DNA from: a virus
Taxonomy: Duplodnaviria > Caudoviricetes
IMG/VR virus record: IMGVR_UViG_3300037848_000009
Location: 1-60,396 of that record
DNA: 60,396 nt
Strand: one strand, 5' to 3'
Shown: one piece after another, positions 17,988-27,870 of the stretch
Layout: the number at the start of each line of letters is the position of its first letter
Numbering within the stretch: position 1 is the stretch's first letter
Notes under the pieces: generated by a model
Databases searched by the model: none
The model's input: the letters and a program-made list of their open reading frames with translations, nothing else
What the model was told of the DNA's origin: nothing
Translations under genes and position numbers: made by a program

Positions 17988-20758
17988 AGCGCGTCTGGTT
18001 GCCATCGGCTGATAATAATGCAGTGGGTGGTGTTGGACAGGTCATTGCGGCGCAACGTCGTCACCTGCCGGGGCTTGGCTGGCAGGTGGTTGACGATCCG
18101 AACACAGTAGACATTATCGCAGTGCATATCACGGCTCAGCGAGACGTGCCGCGCATAGACGTGCATCATTTGCACGGCCTGCATTATGATAGCGATACCC
18201 CTGGCGACCGTGCCATCAACCGCAAACTTATCCACACGATTCGGGAGGCGCGCGCGCATACACTGCCATCGGAGTGGAGTGCAATGGCGTTGCGGCGCGA
18301 TTTACGCTTACACCCTGACATTATCCCCAACGGGATTGAGGTGGCGAACTGGCAGCCGGGCAACACCCAATCGTATGCCCTCTGGAATAAGACACGCAGC
18401 AGTCGTATTTGCGACCCACGCCCCGCCTATGAACTGGCATCTCAGGGTGTGCCAGTGGTCTCAACATTTTTACCAGACAATGTGGCACGCCCTGACAATG
18501 CGCGTGTGATTGGTCGTCAATCGTTTCAAGATATGCGGCAAACCATCCAGGATGCCGGGGTCTATATTGCAACCACACGCGAGGTCATGGCGGTCGGGGT
18601 GCTTGAAGCAATGGCTGCCGGGGTGCCCATCCTTGGATACACTGGCAGTGGAACGGAAGAGGTCGTCACGCATAAGGTCACGGGATGGCTGGTTGAAGAA
18701 GGCGACATTGCCGGTCTGGTTGCGGGCTATTACTGGCTGATGGAACACCGCTCCGAAATAAGCCGCGCCTGTAGAGATGCTGCACAGGCATACGATTGGG
18801 CGCGTATCATACCGCGTTATGCAGCACTTTACGAACGCGTATTGCACCAGCGCGAACACGAGCCGACAGGAGTCAGTATTGTCATTCCCTGCTATAACTA
18901 TGGGCGGTTTCTTGGTGATGCCATTCAGAGTTGTCTCAAGCAGACAGAAAAGCCAGCAGAAATTATTGTCGTTGACGATGGGAGCACCGACAATACCCGC
19001 GAGATTGCTCAACGTTATCCCGTGACATATATCTATCAGGAGAATGCAGGGCCAGGAGCCGCCCGCAATCGCGGCATTGCCCACGCCACACAGCCGTATA
19101 TTGTCTGTCTGGACGCTGACGACTGGCTTGATCGCGCGTATGTTGCCACGTTGCGCCCGGCATTGCACGCCAATCGTCAGTTGGGCGTTGTCTATAGCGG
19201 TATTACCTGGGAGCGCCCGGACGGGGCGCGGCGGTCACCAGGTGCTTCGTTTTCCTGGGAGCGTGAGGTCAAGGGCAATGCCATTACGTGCGCTGCAATG
19301 TTTCGACGAGAAATGTGGGAGCGCGCAGGGGGAGAAACCTTTACCTACAAACGTGCTGAGGATTACGAGTTCTGGTTGCGTGGTCTATCAGTTGGCTATG
19401 ACGCGCAACGTGTCACAACTGATGGCCTGTTCCACTACCGGAGCCATCCTGACCACAAAAGCTTGAAGCACAAATATACTGGCGTGTATGACTGGCTGCC
19501 GTGGGCATACGATGGCGACTACCCAGCAGGCGCGCCCGCCAGTGAGCAACCGCGTGTGCGTTCCTATCGCAAACCGCAGGTAAGTATCATTATTCCAGTC
19601 GGGCCGGGGCATGCCACCGATCTGCCGACCGCTTTAGAAAGTCTGCTCGGCCAATCGTTCCGCAATTGGGAAGCTATTGTCATAGATGACACCCATGACG
19701 GTATTCCTGCCTACCTGTTACGTCCGTATCCATTTGCTCGCGTCTTGCGTACCAGCGGTGCAACGGGAGCCGGGGCCGCGCGTAATGTCGGAATTGACGC
19801 CGCGCGTGCATCGTTGTGCCTGTTCCTGGATGCCGATGACTACCTGATACCTGCTGCCCTGCAGGCGTTTTTTGAGGGCTACCACAACAGCGATGCATGT
19901 TATGTCTATAGCGATTGGTTCACCTGGCATCATGGCAAGATTGCACCGCAGCAGTGCAAAGCATATTCACAGATAGGATGGCTTGAGCACGGCTGGCACG
20001 CGGTCACGGTGCTGATGCACATTGACCATGCTCGCACCATCCGGTTTGATGAGGATTTGCCATCCTGGGAGGATTGGGATTTCTTTGCGCGCTGCGCTAT
20101 CAATGGCATCTGCGGCGAGCGTATTGCGCTGCCGTTGCTGGGGTATCAGCCGAGCAAAGGCGCTCGTCGCCAATATGCGGTCAGGCACCAGGCCGAATTA
20201 AAATCGCTCCTGGAAGAGCGCTACAAACCGTATATGTCAGGAGGGAAAGAGATTATGCCGTGTTGTGGGGGAAAGGGCAAGCAGCCGACACCGCAGACAG
20301 TCAAAGAAGGGGCCACAACCGTGAGCAATGACAATAAGACAACCTACGTGCGTATGGAATACACAGGCAAAAACACGGGAGCCGTCACATTTTCAGGCAC
20401 AAATGGGCGCTCGTATCGCGGCGGGGCCAACCCGACCAACCGTTTTGCCAATGTCCACAAAGACGATGTGGAACGAATGGCCAATACGGGGAAGTGGAAG
20501 GTCGTTAAACGCCCTCAGTCAAGCGTTCATCGTGGGGCGCAACCAGTTCCGCCGCCACAGCCTGCGCTCGTTGCGGAGCCTGATGAGGAACATACAACAG
20601 AAGACGAAAATTTGCCGCACGACATGGAACAGTATTTTGCCGTCATGCTAGATGATGACGTACCCACAACAGAAGGCGAGCCAGACGAACCAGAAGAACC
20701 AGAAGAAACCGCACCAGCATCGCGCCGCAGGAGGAGGCCGAAACGTGTCCGAGAGTAA
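17984..20758 (+). CDS. GT4-GT2-GT2 glycosyltransferase fusion with C-terminal extension
   Basis: LEAMAAGVPI (GT4); two GT2 domains (SIVIPCYN..DDGSTD..LDADD; SIIIPV..FLDADD). Confidence 0.9.
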   Translation: MKRVWLPSADNNAVGGVGQVIAAQRRHLPGLGWQVVDDPNTVDIIAVHITAQRDVPRIDVHHLHGLHYDSDTPGDRAINRKLIHTIREARAHTLPSEWSAMALRRDLRLHPDIIPNGIEVANWQPGNTQSYALWNKTRSSRICDPRPAYELASQGVPVVSTFLPDNVARPDNARVIGRQSFQDMRQTIQDAGVYIATTREVMAVGVLEAMAAGVPILGYTGSGTEEVVTHKVTGWLVEEGDIAGLVAGYYWLMEHRSEISRACRDAAQAYDWARIIPRYAALYERVLHQREHEPTGVSIVIPCYNYGRFLGDAIQSCLKQTEKPAEIIVVDDGSTDNTREIAQRYPVTYIYQENAGPGAARNRGIAHATQPYIVCLDADDWLDRAYVATLRPALHANRQLGVVYSGITWERPDGARRSPGASFSWEREVKGNAITCAAMFRREMWERAGGETFTYKRAEDYEFWLRGLSVGYDAQRVTTDGLFHYRSHPDHKSLKHKYTGVYDWLPWAYDGDYPAGAPASEQPRVRSYRKPQVSIIIPVGPGHATDLPTALESLLGQSFRNWEAIVIDDTHDGIPAYLLRPYPFARVLRTSGATGAGAARNVGIDAARASLCLFLDADDYLIPAALQAFFEGYHNSDACYVYSDWFTWHHGKIAPQQCKAYSQIGWLEHGWHAVTVLMHIDHARTIRFDEDLPSWEDWDFFARCAINGICGERIALPLLGYQPSKGARRQYAVRHQAELKSLLEERYKPYMSGGKEIMPCCGGKGKQPTPQTVKEGATTVSNDNKTTYVRMEYTGKNTGAVTFSGTNGRSYRGGANPTNRFANVHKDDVERMANTGKWKVVKRPQSSVHRGAQPVPPPQPALVAEPDEEHTTEDENLPHDMEQYFAVMLDDDVPTTEGEPDEPEEPEETAPASRRRRRPKRVRE

Positions 20759-21020
20759 ACAATTACTCCTTGCTATGCTGGCGTCCTATCGTGTAGCGCA
20801 TATGATTGCAAACGAGGATGGACCAGGGTTCGTGTTTTTGCGTCTCCGAGCGTGGACTATGCGCTGGCCGTGGCTTGAGGCGGGCATCAGTTGCCCATTG
20901 TGTCTGTCATTCTGGGTCGCATTGCCAATGCTGTTTGTCCCACGCCGCATCCTGGAATGGCTTGGGGTTGCGGGCGGGGTGCTCATTGTTCATCGCTGGC
21001 TGGAAGGGGCCTGTGATTAA
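20745..21020 (+). CDS. DUF1360-like small membrane protein
   Basis: ASYRVAHMI..DGP..SCPLCLSFWVA. Confidence 0.68.
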   Translation: MSESKQLLLAMLASYRVAHMIANEDGPGFVFLRLRAWTMRWPWLEAGISCPLCLSFWVALPMLFVPRRILEWLGVAGGVLIVHRWLEGACD

Positions 21021-21029
21021 GGTCGTATT

Positions 21030-22271
21030 ATGAGTAACTTACTGGCACTCGAAACATTTCGTGCCTATCTCGGCTACCACCCATACCACTTCTGGGGGTT
21101 GGCGGGCAGCAAGGCGCCTATCCAGTCGAGTTGCAACCCTGTGGTGACCGAGTATGCGTGGCAGGCTGCCGACGCTGCCGGGCGCGATGACATTCGCGAG
21201 TCGATTGTGCGAGCCGAGGAGCGACTGCGCACGTATCTGCATTATAGCGTTGCGCCGCGTTATGGCAGTATCACCCTGCCATATCCTGACTACCTCAACC
21301 CCAACCTCTGGCGAGGATCATATGGCAGCCCGCGGGGGAAGTGGAATGCTATCCAATTGCCTGATGTGGGGTTTGTGCAGGCGCTTGGTACGGAACGCCT
21401 GACGCTGATTGATACACCTACCGTCACCTATAGCGATAGCGACGGGGATGGGCTCGACGATAGATTTACCGTCACCGTGAGCACAACGATTACTGACCCT
21501 GACCAGATACAACCCTATTTCGCAGAGGCGGATCGATTGGATGATGAGGGGGCAAACGAACGCTGGCGCATTCGCCCGGTGTCGGTGTCTATTAGTGGCG
21601 GTACTGCAACCATACGCGGGCGGGCGTGGCAACTGGTCAAGCCCATTCGGTATGAAGGGGTGAGCCCGGCTGAATTGGATGCGGCTGTTGCCGCCAACTA
21701 TGTTGACACGATTGACGTGTATCAGCGCACCACAGACGGCGATCAGCAGGCAACGCTGACATGGGAAACGACACCGTACCCACCATGGGCGTACACGGCA
21801 AAGACTGTGAGCACCGACCCGGCAGCCATCGCGACGGCAACAGCGCGTGTGGGTATTCGCGACGCGCGAACAGGACTGGTGACACCTGCCGAAGCGGTCT
21901 ATAACGCTGATACGGATAGCTGGTCTAGTCCGGAGTCGTGCCTGTATGGTAGCCGACTACCAGATCGGGTGACTATTAACTACTATGCAGGCTACCCACT
22001 CGAAAACCGAAAGATGGCCGCGTGGCTTATTCCTGTGGTGGCTCGCTTTGCTATGGCCGAATTGGCGCGCCGCATTTGCACGTGCGATTATGCCAATCGC
22101 GAACTCTGGCGTTGGCAGTTTGACCGCGCCTCAACGTCTGGCAATAATGATGAAACGTATCAGATCAGCATCGAAGACCTGAACAATCCATTCGGCACGC
22201 GGTTGGGGCATATTGACGCATGGAAGCGCGTGCAAGGTGAGCGAATTATGGCAGGGGTTATTCCATTCTAA
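21030..22271 (+). CDS. Putative head-tail connector/adaptor
   Basis: Position; AEERL..L and VTINYYAG adaptor-like patterns. Confidence 0.55.
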   Translation: MSNLLALETFRAYLGYHPYHFWGLAGSKAPIQSSCNPVVTEYAWQAADAAGRDDIRESIVRAEERLRTYLHYSVAPRYGSITLPYPDYLNPNLWRGSYGSPRGKWNAIQLPDVGFVQALGTERLTLIDTPTVTYSDSDGDGLDDRFTVTVSTTITDPDQIQPYFAEADRLDDEGANERWRIRPVSVSISGGTATIRGRAWQLVKPIRYEGVSPAELDAAVAANYVDTIDVYQRTTDGDQQATLTWETTPYPPWAYTAKTVSTDPAAIATATARVGIRDARTGLVTPAEAVYNADTDSWSSPESCLYGSRLPDRVTINYYAGYPLENRKMAAWLIPVVARFAMAELARRICTCDYANRELWRWQFDRASTSGNNDETYQISIEDLNNPFGTRLGHIDAWKRVQGERIMAGVIPF

Positions 22272-22282
22272 AGGAGTGAGAA

Positions 22283-23812
22283 ATGTCTCAACTTACAAAA
22301 GATCAGATTGTAACACATCAGCATGCGCGGCTCTTCCGGCAAGATGGCGGCGCGCGCCCTACAAACCGAATGACTTATAGCGGTGTCGATGACCAGAAGA
22401 TGGCCTTAACTGGTGTGTCAGCGCCGGTGTCAGGCGGTATCAACCCGATCCAGATTGGGGACCCGCGCCGCCGCAAAGCGTACATTAATGTCGGGCGCAC
22501 GGTGGACCCGCCCGATTTTGATAGTGCCACATTGTCCATGTACGAAGACCACGGTCAGCTACCATGGCAATTGATTCAAGGGGAATGCCCCTTCAACTTG
22601 TACCGCACGGTGGGCACCTGCAAAGACCCGTCGTCATTTTTGGATGGCGTCACGGATTATCTCGAAATCTATAGCGATTGTGAGGTAACAGATCGGAGTC
22701 TGGGTGATCGGGTTGCGTTTGACACTGATGATGCAGTAACCGATGAATTAAGCCTGACCGTGACTGGTGGTATTTATCCGGTCGGGGCGTTGGGGTTTGG
22801 GGAAAAGGCCGCAACACAGGTGACCGTTGAAGTCATTGATATTACATATGGAGACCGTTTCCAATGCGCTGATTGTGGCGTGCCCAATGATGGCACCGAA
22901 TGGATTTATGCCGCCGCCAAGTATAACACGCCTTCGGCGAGCAATGGCGAGGTCATCTATAGCACCGACGGCGGCGCAACCTGGACAGAGACTGCCGTGA
23001 CCGCAGAGGACCCGGTTGCTATTGGCATCGCAGGCGATAAACTGGTGGTCATTACTGGCACCAGTTTGTATTGGGCGGATATTAATGAGAAAACGGGCGT
23101 GCCTGGCACATTCACCACGGTGACGCCGTCCTCGTGGGCTGCGAATAATGCCACCGATGCCTACTTCGGTGGGCCTCGCGAGGTGTACGTGTGTGGGCAA
23201 AACGGCTATATCTGGCTCTTTACCGACGTGACGACAGCACCAGACATTCTGGATGCCGGAAGCGCCACGAGCAACAACCTGGCGCGCATCGATGGCACCG
23301 ATAATGTCATTGTTGCCAGTGGGGCGAGTGGTACCGTCATCATCAGCACCAACAATGGCGAAACGTTTGCTGCCACGAGTGCCACACCGTCTGCGGATAA
23401 TCAGCAAGCACTGGCGGTGTTTGACCAGAATTATATCTGGACAGGCACCGACGGCGGCGAAATCTATTACACCATCGATGGGGGCGAGACCTGGACAGAG
23501 AAAACATTCGGCGGCTCAGGTAGCGGCAATGTGTACGATATTGTGGCGGCCACGAGTGAGGTCATCTATTTCAGTTATGCCACCACCGATCCGACAGCAC
23601 AAATCTACTGGTCAGTGAACGGCGGACGCGATATTACCCGTTCTGGCTGGCGTATCCTGAACCTGCCCACATTTGACTACGGATTTCGCATTGCCGTGCC
23701 GCAAGCAGCTATCCCTGGAGTAGCAGCGAACAATATTGCTATTGCAGGGCTCGCTGGTGACGGGGCCGATGGCATTATCGTGCAGGGCATTGCCGCAGTG
23801 CGTGGAGGGTAA
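22283..23812 (+). CDS. Putative major tail protein with BNR/beta-propeller domain
   Basis: Precedes chaperones and TMP; Asp-box repeats STDGGATW, STNNGETF, TIDGGETW. Confidence 0.62.
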   Translation: MSQLTKDQIVTHQHARLFRQDGGARPTNRMTYSGVDDQKMALTGVSAPVSGGINPIQIGDPRRRKAYINVGRTVDPPDFDSATLSMYEDHGQLPWQLIQGECPFNLYRTVGTCKDPSSFLDGVTDYLEIYSDCEVTDRSLGDRVAFDTDDAVTDELSLTVTGGIYPVGALGFGEKAATQVTVEVIDITYGDRFQCADCGVPNDGTEWIYAAAKYNTPSASNGEVIYSTDGGATWTETAVTAEDPVAIGIAGDKLVVITGTSLYWADINEKTGVPGTFTTVTPSSWAANNATDAYFGGPREVYVCGQNGYIWLFTDVTTAPDILDAGSATSNNLARIDGTDNVIVASGASGTVIISTNNGETFAATSATPSADNQQALAVFDQNYIWTGTDGGEIYYTIDGGETWTEKTFGGSGSGNVYDIVAATSEVIYFSYATTDPTAQIYWSVNGGRDITRSGWRILNLPTFDYGFRIAVPQAAIPGVAANNIAIAGLAGDGADGIIVQGIAAVRGG

Positions 23813-23814
23813 CA

Positions 23815-24300
23815 ATGAGCGACAATGGGCATATCCAATTCACGTTTAGTACGGGCGTGGTGGCAACACTGCGTCCCGTGTCGCCATTTATCCGGCAGGC
23901 TGTGGAGCGTGCATTTCCGCCGCCACAGCCGCCTATTGTTGACGTGGATTATGGCGACACAATACAGCAGGAGCCCAACCCGAACGATCCCGACTATCTG
24001 AAGGCACTAGAAATACACGAAACACAGGTGAGCATCCGGTTACGCGACATGATGCTCTTGCATGGCATTGATGTAGAGATAGAGCCGGAGCGCAAACAGC
24101 AGGCTCTAGAACTCTTGCAATCGGTGGGGCTTGACTGGCCTACTGATGAGCCGGAAAAGCTGACATACATCAAATATTGTTGCATCGGCACGGATGACGA
24201 GGCCAATCGCGTCATTATGAGTATCCGTCGCAACCGCGAGGTATCGGAGGAGGACGTAGCAGCAGCTACCAGGATGTTTCGCGGCAACATACAAAAATAG
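23815..24300 (+). CDS. Tail assembly chaperone (G-like)
   Basis: Between tail tube and TMP. Confidence 0.68.
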   Translation: MSDNGHIQFTFSTGVVATLRPVSPFIRQAVERAFPPPQPPIVDVDYGDTIQQEPNPNDPDYLKALEIHETQVSIRLRDMMLLHGIDVEIEPERKQQALELLQSVGLDWPTDEPEKLTYIKYCCIGTDDEANRVIMSIRRNREVSEEDVAAATRMFRGNIQK

Positions 24301-24556
24301 AGACATTTTCAAGTATCGCACGCCTCGCAGTGCTGTGCGATATTCGCTGGAATACGAACTGATGGAAGTTGCCCGTTGGAAAGGCTATGCGGACGAAGAG
24401 GAGCTTTTCCAAAAACCCCCAGACGTGCAGGCGCGCGCAATTGCGCACTATCGCATCTATCATCAAATACAGGCAGTGCTTGCTCACGAGCAAGCCACAG
24501 AGGCAAAACGGCAGCGAAACGCAACACGAAACACAGGAAGGCGAAAGAAGCGTTAA
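24278..24556 (+). CDS. Tail assembly chaperone extension (T-like), probably reached by a +1 frameshift
   Basis: +1 frame open from 24260 to 24556; TTT-CGC at 24277; no clear RBS. Confidence 0.55.
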   Translation, partial: FAATYKNRDIFKYRTPRSAVRYSLEYELMEVARWKGYADEEELFQKPPDVQARAIAHYRIYHQIQAVLAHEQATEAKRQRNATRNTGRRKKR

Positions 24557-27466
24557 ATGGCAGTGCAGGAAGTTGGTATTCGGCTCGTTGCGCTCGATTC
24601 GCGCCGGTTCAACCGGGCGGTTAAGTCTGCCGATGATGTGGTTGCAGACCTGCGAAGCGAACTCAATGCAACCGCACGCACGGCCAGGCGGAGCGGTGGC
24701 GATATTGATGGCCTATCGGCAACCATGGCCGCGATACCGACAGGCGCCGTCGTTGCTGGCACAACAGCCATTGCCGCAGGCATAGGTGCCATCGGCGTCG
24801 CATCGGTCAGTGCTGCTGCTGATTTTGAGCAATCTATGGCGCGCGTCGGGGCCGTGTCTGGGGCAACAACCGAAGAGTTAGAAGAGCTTGAAGCTGTTGC
24901 CAAGGAGATGGGGAGCACCACTGTGTTCAGTGCCCGCCAGGCAGCAGATGGCATGTCATTTCTGGCAATGGCCGGATTTGACGTGAATGAAACGATTGAC
25001 GCCATGCCTGGCGTGTTAAACCTCGCTGCTGCTGGCCAGATGGAACTGGCGCGCACCTCTGATATTGCCTCCAATGTCCTGTCAGGCTTTCGTCTGAACG
25101 CTGACCAGATGACCCGCGTCTCGGACGTGATGGCCGCCACGATGACCAGCGCCAATACCAATATTGAGCAGCTTGGCTTCGCAATGAGTTATGCCGCGCC
25201 GATTGCGGCAGATATGGGTATCAGCATTGAGGAGACTGCCGCCGCGATTGGTCGCCTGAGTGACGCGGGCATCCAGGGCGAGCGGGCTGGCACAGCCCTA
25301 CGCGGCATTATGCTTACGTTGTCAGCACCCACGGCAAGTACCCGCAATGCCATGGAAGACCTGAACATTGCGGTAACCGACGCGCAAGGCGAATTCCTGC
25401 CGCTCGCTGATATTGTTGGGCAGTTTGAAGAGCGACTGGACGGGATGACCGACGCCCAGCGTAGCGCGGCCCTCGGCACGGTCTTTACCACCGAGCAGAT
25501 CGGCGCGTTTAATGTGTTGTTGGGGGTGGGCAGCGATGAACTAGCCAGCTACACCGATGAACTCGAAGCAAGTGGCGGGGCTGCCGAGTCACTTGCCGGG
25601 CAACAGATGGCGACATTCCAGGGGGCCATGACCGAACTCCAGAGCGCCGTGGAAGGTGTGGCGATTGAGGTCGGCCAGGAACTGCTGCCGGTGATGACCG
25701 AACTCACGCGGGATGTGTTGATCCCGTTTGTGCGCACCTATGGCCCGGAGTTGGTTAACCAGACGGCTGCGTTTGCGCAAGAAGTTACAGACCTGTATGC
25801 TATCCTCAAGCCCCTGCTTGATCTAATGAACAATGAGTCAGGCCCCGAATCAGTACGGGCCGCACTGGCAGTGTATCGCGGTGAGTATGCCGAGGCGACC
25901 GGGACGGTGATCGATGCCGTCGGCGCGGCTAATCGCTCAGCAGCAGACTTTGCCACCGTGCAGGCCACAGCCTTGCAGGATGTTGTTACGGAAATGCAAA
26001 ATCTCGATCCTGCTGCCGAAGACGCCGCTGGTGCCGTTGATGCATTCGGAAATGCGGTCAGCGTGGCAAATGAAGAACTGGAGAGCATGCGCGAAGCCGC
26101 GCGTGATGCTGGCCTGCGCGCATTCCGTGATGCGGTGCAGACCGAGGTAGACTTCCTTGCCGAGCGAGAAGATGCACATCGCAGCCACAGGGAACGAATG
26201 GTCGATATCACTGCAGATGGCGAGGAGCGCCGCATCCGTGTGCAACAAGACCTGGCCGAGTCAGAGGAGCGCTTCCAACGCGACACCGCTGAGAACCAGG
26301 CGCGCATGGCCGAGGAACTGGCCGAGGCCGAAACCCAGGCCGAGCGTCAAGCAGCCTACGACCGACACAACGAGCGCCAGGCGGCAATAGATGAGCGAAT
26401 TATCCAGGCACGTGAGGCAAACACCGAAGAATTGCAAAACCTGGAAACCGCAAATGCTGAAAAAGCAGCAGCGGAAGCGGAGGCGTTTGCAGAACAGGAG
26501 CGTATTGCCGCTGAGGCATATGCCCGCCAGCAGGCAGAGCAGATGGCCCACCTTGGGCAAATGCTCATAGACTATGCGACTGCACAGGCCGAGATGAACG
26601 GTGTGAGTGCTGATGCTCTTGCTGAAATGACTTCGCAAATTGCAGATGAATACGGCGTCCAACAATCACTCACCGAGCGATCCTTTGGGGATATGACCCG
26701 TGTGATCGACCAGTGGGCAACTAGCGGTGGAAATGACGCTAATCGCTATATTGGCAGCATGCGCGACGTGCAAAGCGCGGCAACCGCAACTCAACAGCAA
26801 GTGAATGCCAGAATTGAACAACTGACACGGCAAGCAACGGAGGCATTCCAACGCGGTGAGTTAGGACCAGAGCAATACGCGCAACGATTGCAGCAGATAC
26901 CTGGCGAAGCACGCGCGTCAGTCGAGGGCACCAACAATGCACTCAGGCAACTTACCACTGAAATGATAACCGCACACAGTCTGGATAGCACGGCAGCGCA
27001 GGATGTGTCCCGTATACAGTCTGATATTAATGAAATCCCGCGTGAAGTGACCACAATCCACCGGATCAAGCAGCAAGCAGAAGCACAGAAGCGGACGGCT
27101 ACTGCAAGCGGCGGTGGCGGGGCTGCTGTCGCAGGTGCCCGCGCGCGTGGGGGTCCTGTCGGGGCATCGGCATTGTACGAGGTTACCGAGCCGGGGGTCG
27201 GGCCGGAACTGCTCACGTTTGGCGGGCGGCAGTACCTTATGACGCCACCCACCGGGACTGGCGAGGTATCGCCATTAGACAGCCCTCGTGTTGCGATGCC
27301 GAATACCAGCACAACGAGCACCAGCACATTTGCACCAGTCGTGAACCTGAATATCACCACATCGGGAGACATGGGCGCAACCACACAGCAGATTGCAGCA
27401 GCCATTGAGGACACGGTTATCAATAGCCTATTGTCTGGTTGGAACAGAGCAGAAAGTAGTCGATAA
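24557..27466 (+). CDS. Tail tape measure protein
   Basis: DFEQSMARVGAVSGA..FSARQAA TP901-type core; Ala-rich helices; ARGGPV..GPE tail. Confidence 0.93.
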   Translation: MAVQEVGIRLVALDSRRFNRAVKSADDVVADLRSELNATARTARRSGGDIDGLSATMAAIPTGAVVAGTTAIAAGIGAIGVASVSAAADFEQSMARVGAVSGATTEELEELEAVAKEMGSTTVFSARQAADGMSFLAMAGFDVNETIDAMPGVLNLAAAGQMELARTSDIASNVLSGFRLNADQMTRVSDVMAATMTSANTNIEQLGFAMSYAAPIAADMGISIEETAAAIGRLSDAGIQGERAGTALRGIMLTLSAPTASTRNAMEDLNIAVTDAQGEFLPLADIVGQFEERLDGMTDAQRSAALGTVFTTEQIGAFNVLLGVGSDELASYTDELEASGGAAESLAGQQMATFQGAMTELQSAVEGVAIEVGQELLPVMTELTRDVLIPFVRTYGPELVNQTAAFAQEVTDLYAILKPLLDLMNNESGPESVRAALAVYRGEYAEATGTVIDAVGAANRSAADFATVQATALQDVVTEMQNLDPAAEDAAGAVDAFGNAVSVANEELESMREAARDAGLRAFRDAVQTEVDFLAEREDAHRSHRERMVDITADGEERRIRVQQDLAESEERFQRDTAENQARMAEELAEAETQAERQAAYDRHNERQAAIDERIIQAREANTEELQNLETANAEKAAAEAEAFAEQERIAAEAYARQQAEQMAHLGQMLIDYATAQAEMNGVSADALAEMTSQIADEYGVQQSLTERSFGDMTRVIDQWATSGGNDANRYIGSMRDVQSAATATQQQVNARIEQLTRQATEAFQRGELGPEQYAQRLQQIPGEARASVEGTNNALRQLTTEMITAHSLDSTAAQDVSRIQSDINEIPREVTTIHRIKQQAEAQKRTATASGGGGAAVAGARARGGPVGASALYEVTEPGVGPELLTFGGRQYLMTPPTGTGEVSPLDSPRVAMPNTSTTSTSTFAPVVNLNITTSGDMGATTQQIAAAIEDTVINSLLSGWNRAESSR

Positions 27467-27864
27467 TGCGCAACCGTTTCAATTTTGGCACCATTCGCTT
27501 CAGCTATGAAAGCCTGAGCGGAGACGGCTCTACTGTTCGGGCGTATTATGGCGAGCGCGCTGCGGAGGACCGTGCCGAATGGGAAAATGAAGAACAGTGG
27601 GAACTACTACGATTCATCGGCACAACTGAGGCGAGCGCCCATGCGTACCAGATACAATACATTCTCACTCAGCAAGTGGAAATCAAAGGCCAGTCGAATT
27701 ATGACAACCTGCGAACTGCAGCCGTGCGCAAAAGACCTGGCACGTGGGATAACAGCCTTGAAAGTTACACCAGTGTCATTATTGACACATTCGGTGTGCC
27801 GCGCCGTGTGGATTGTGATGGAATATGGCGCGGCTCAATTACGTGGCGAAGGTTGCGGGGGTAA
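27466..27864 (+). CDS. Putative distal tail protein
   Basis: Coupled to the TMP. Confidence 0.55.
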   Translation: MRNRFNFGTIRFSYESLSGDGSTVRAYYGERAAEDRAEWENEEQWELLRFIGTTEASAHAYQIQYILTQQVEIKGQSNYDNLRTAAVRKRPGTWDNSLESYTSVIIDTFGVPRRVDCDGIWRGSITWRRLRG

Positions 27865-27870
27865 GTTTTT

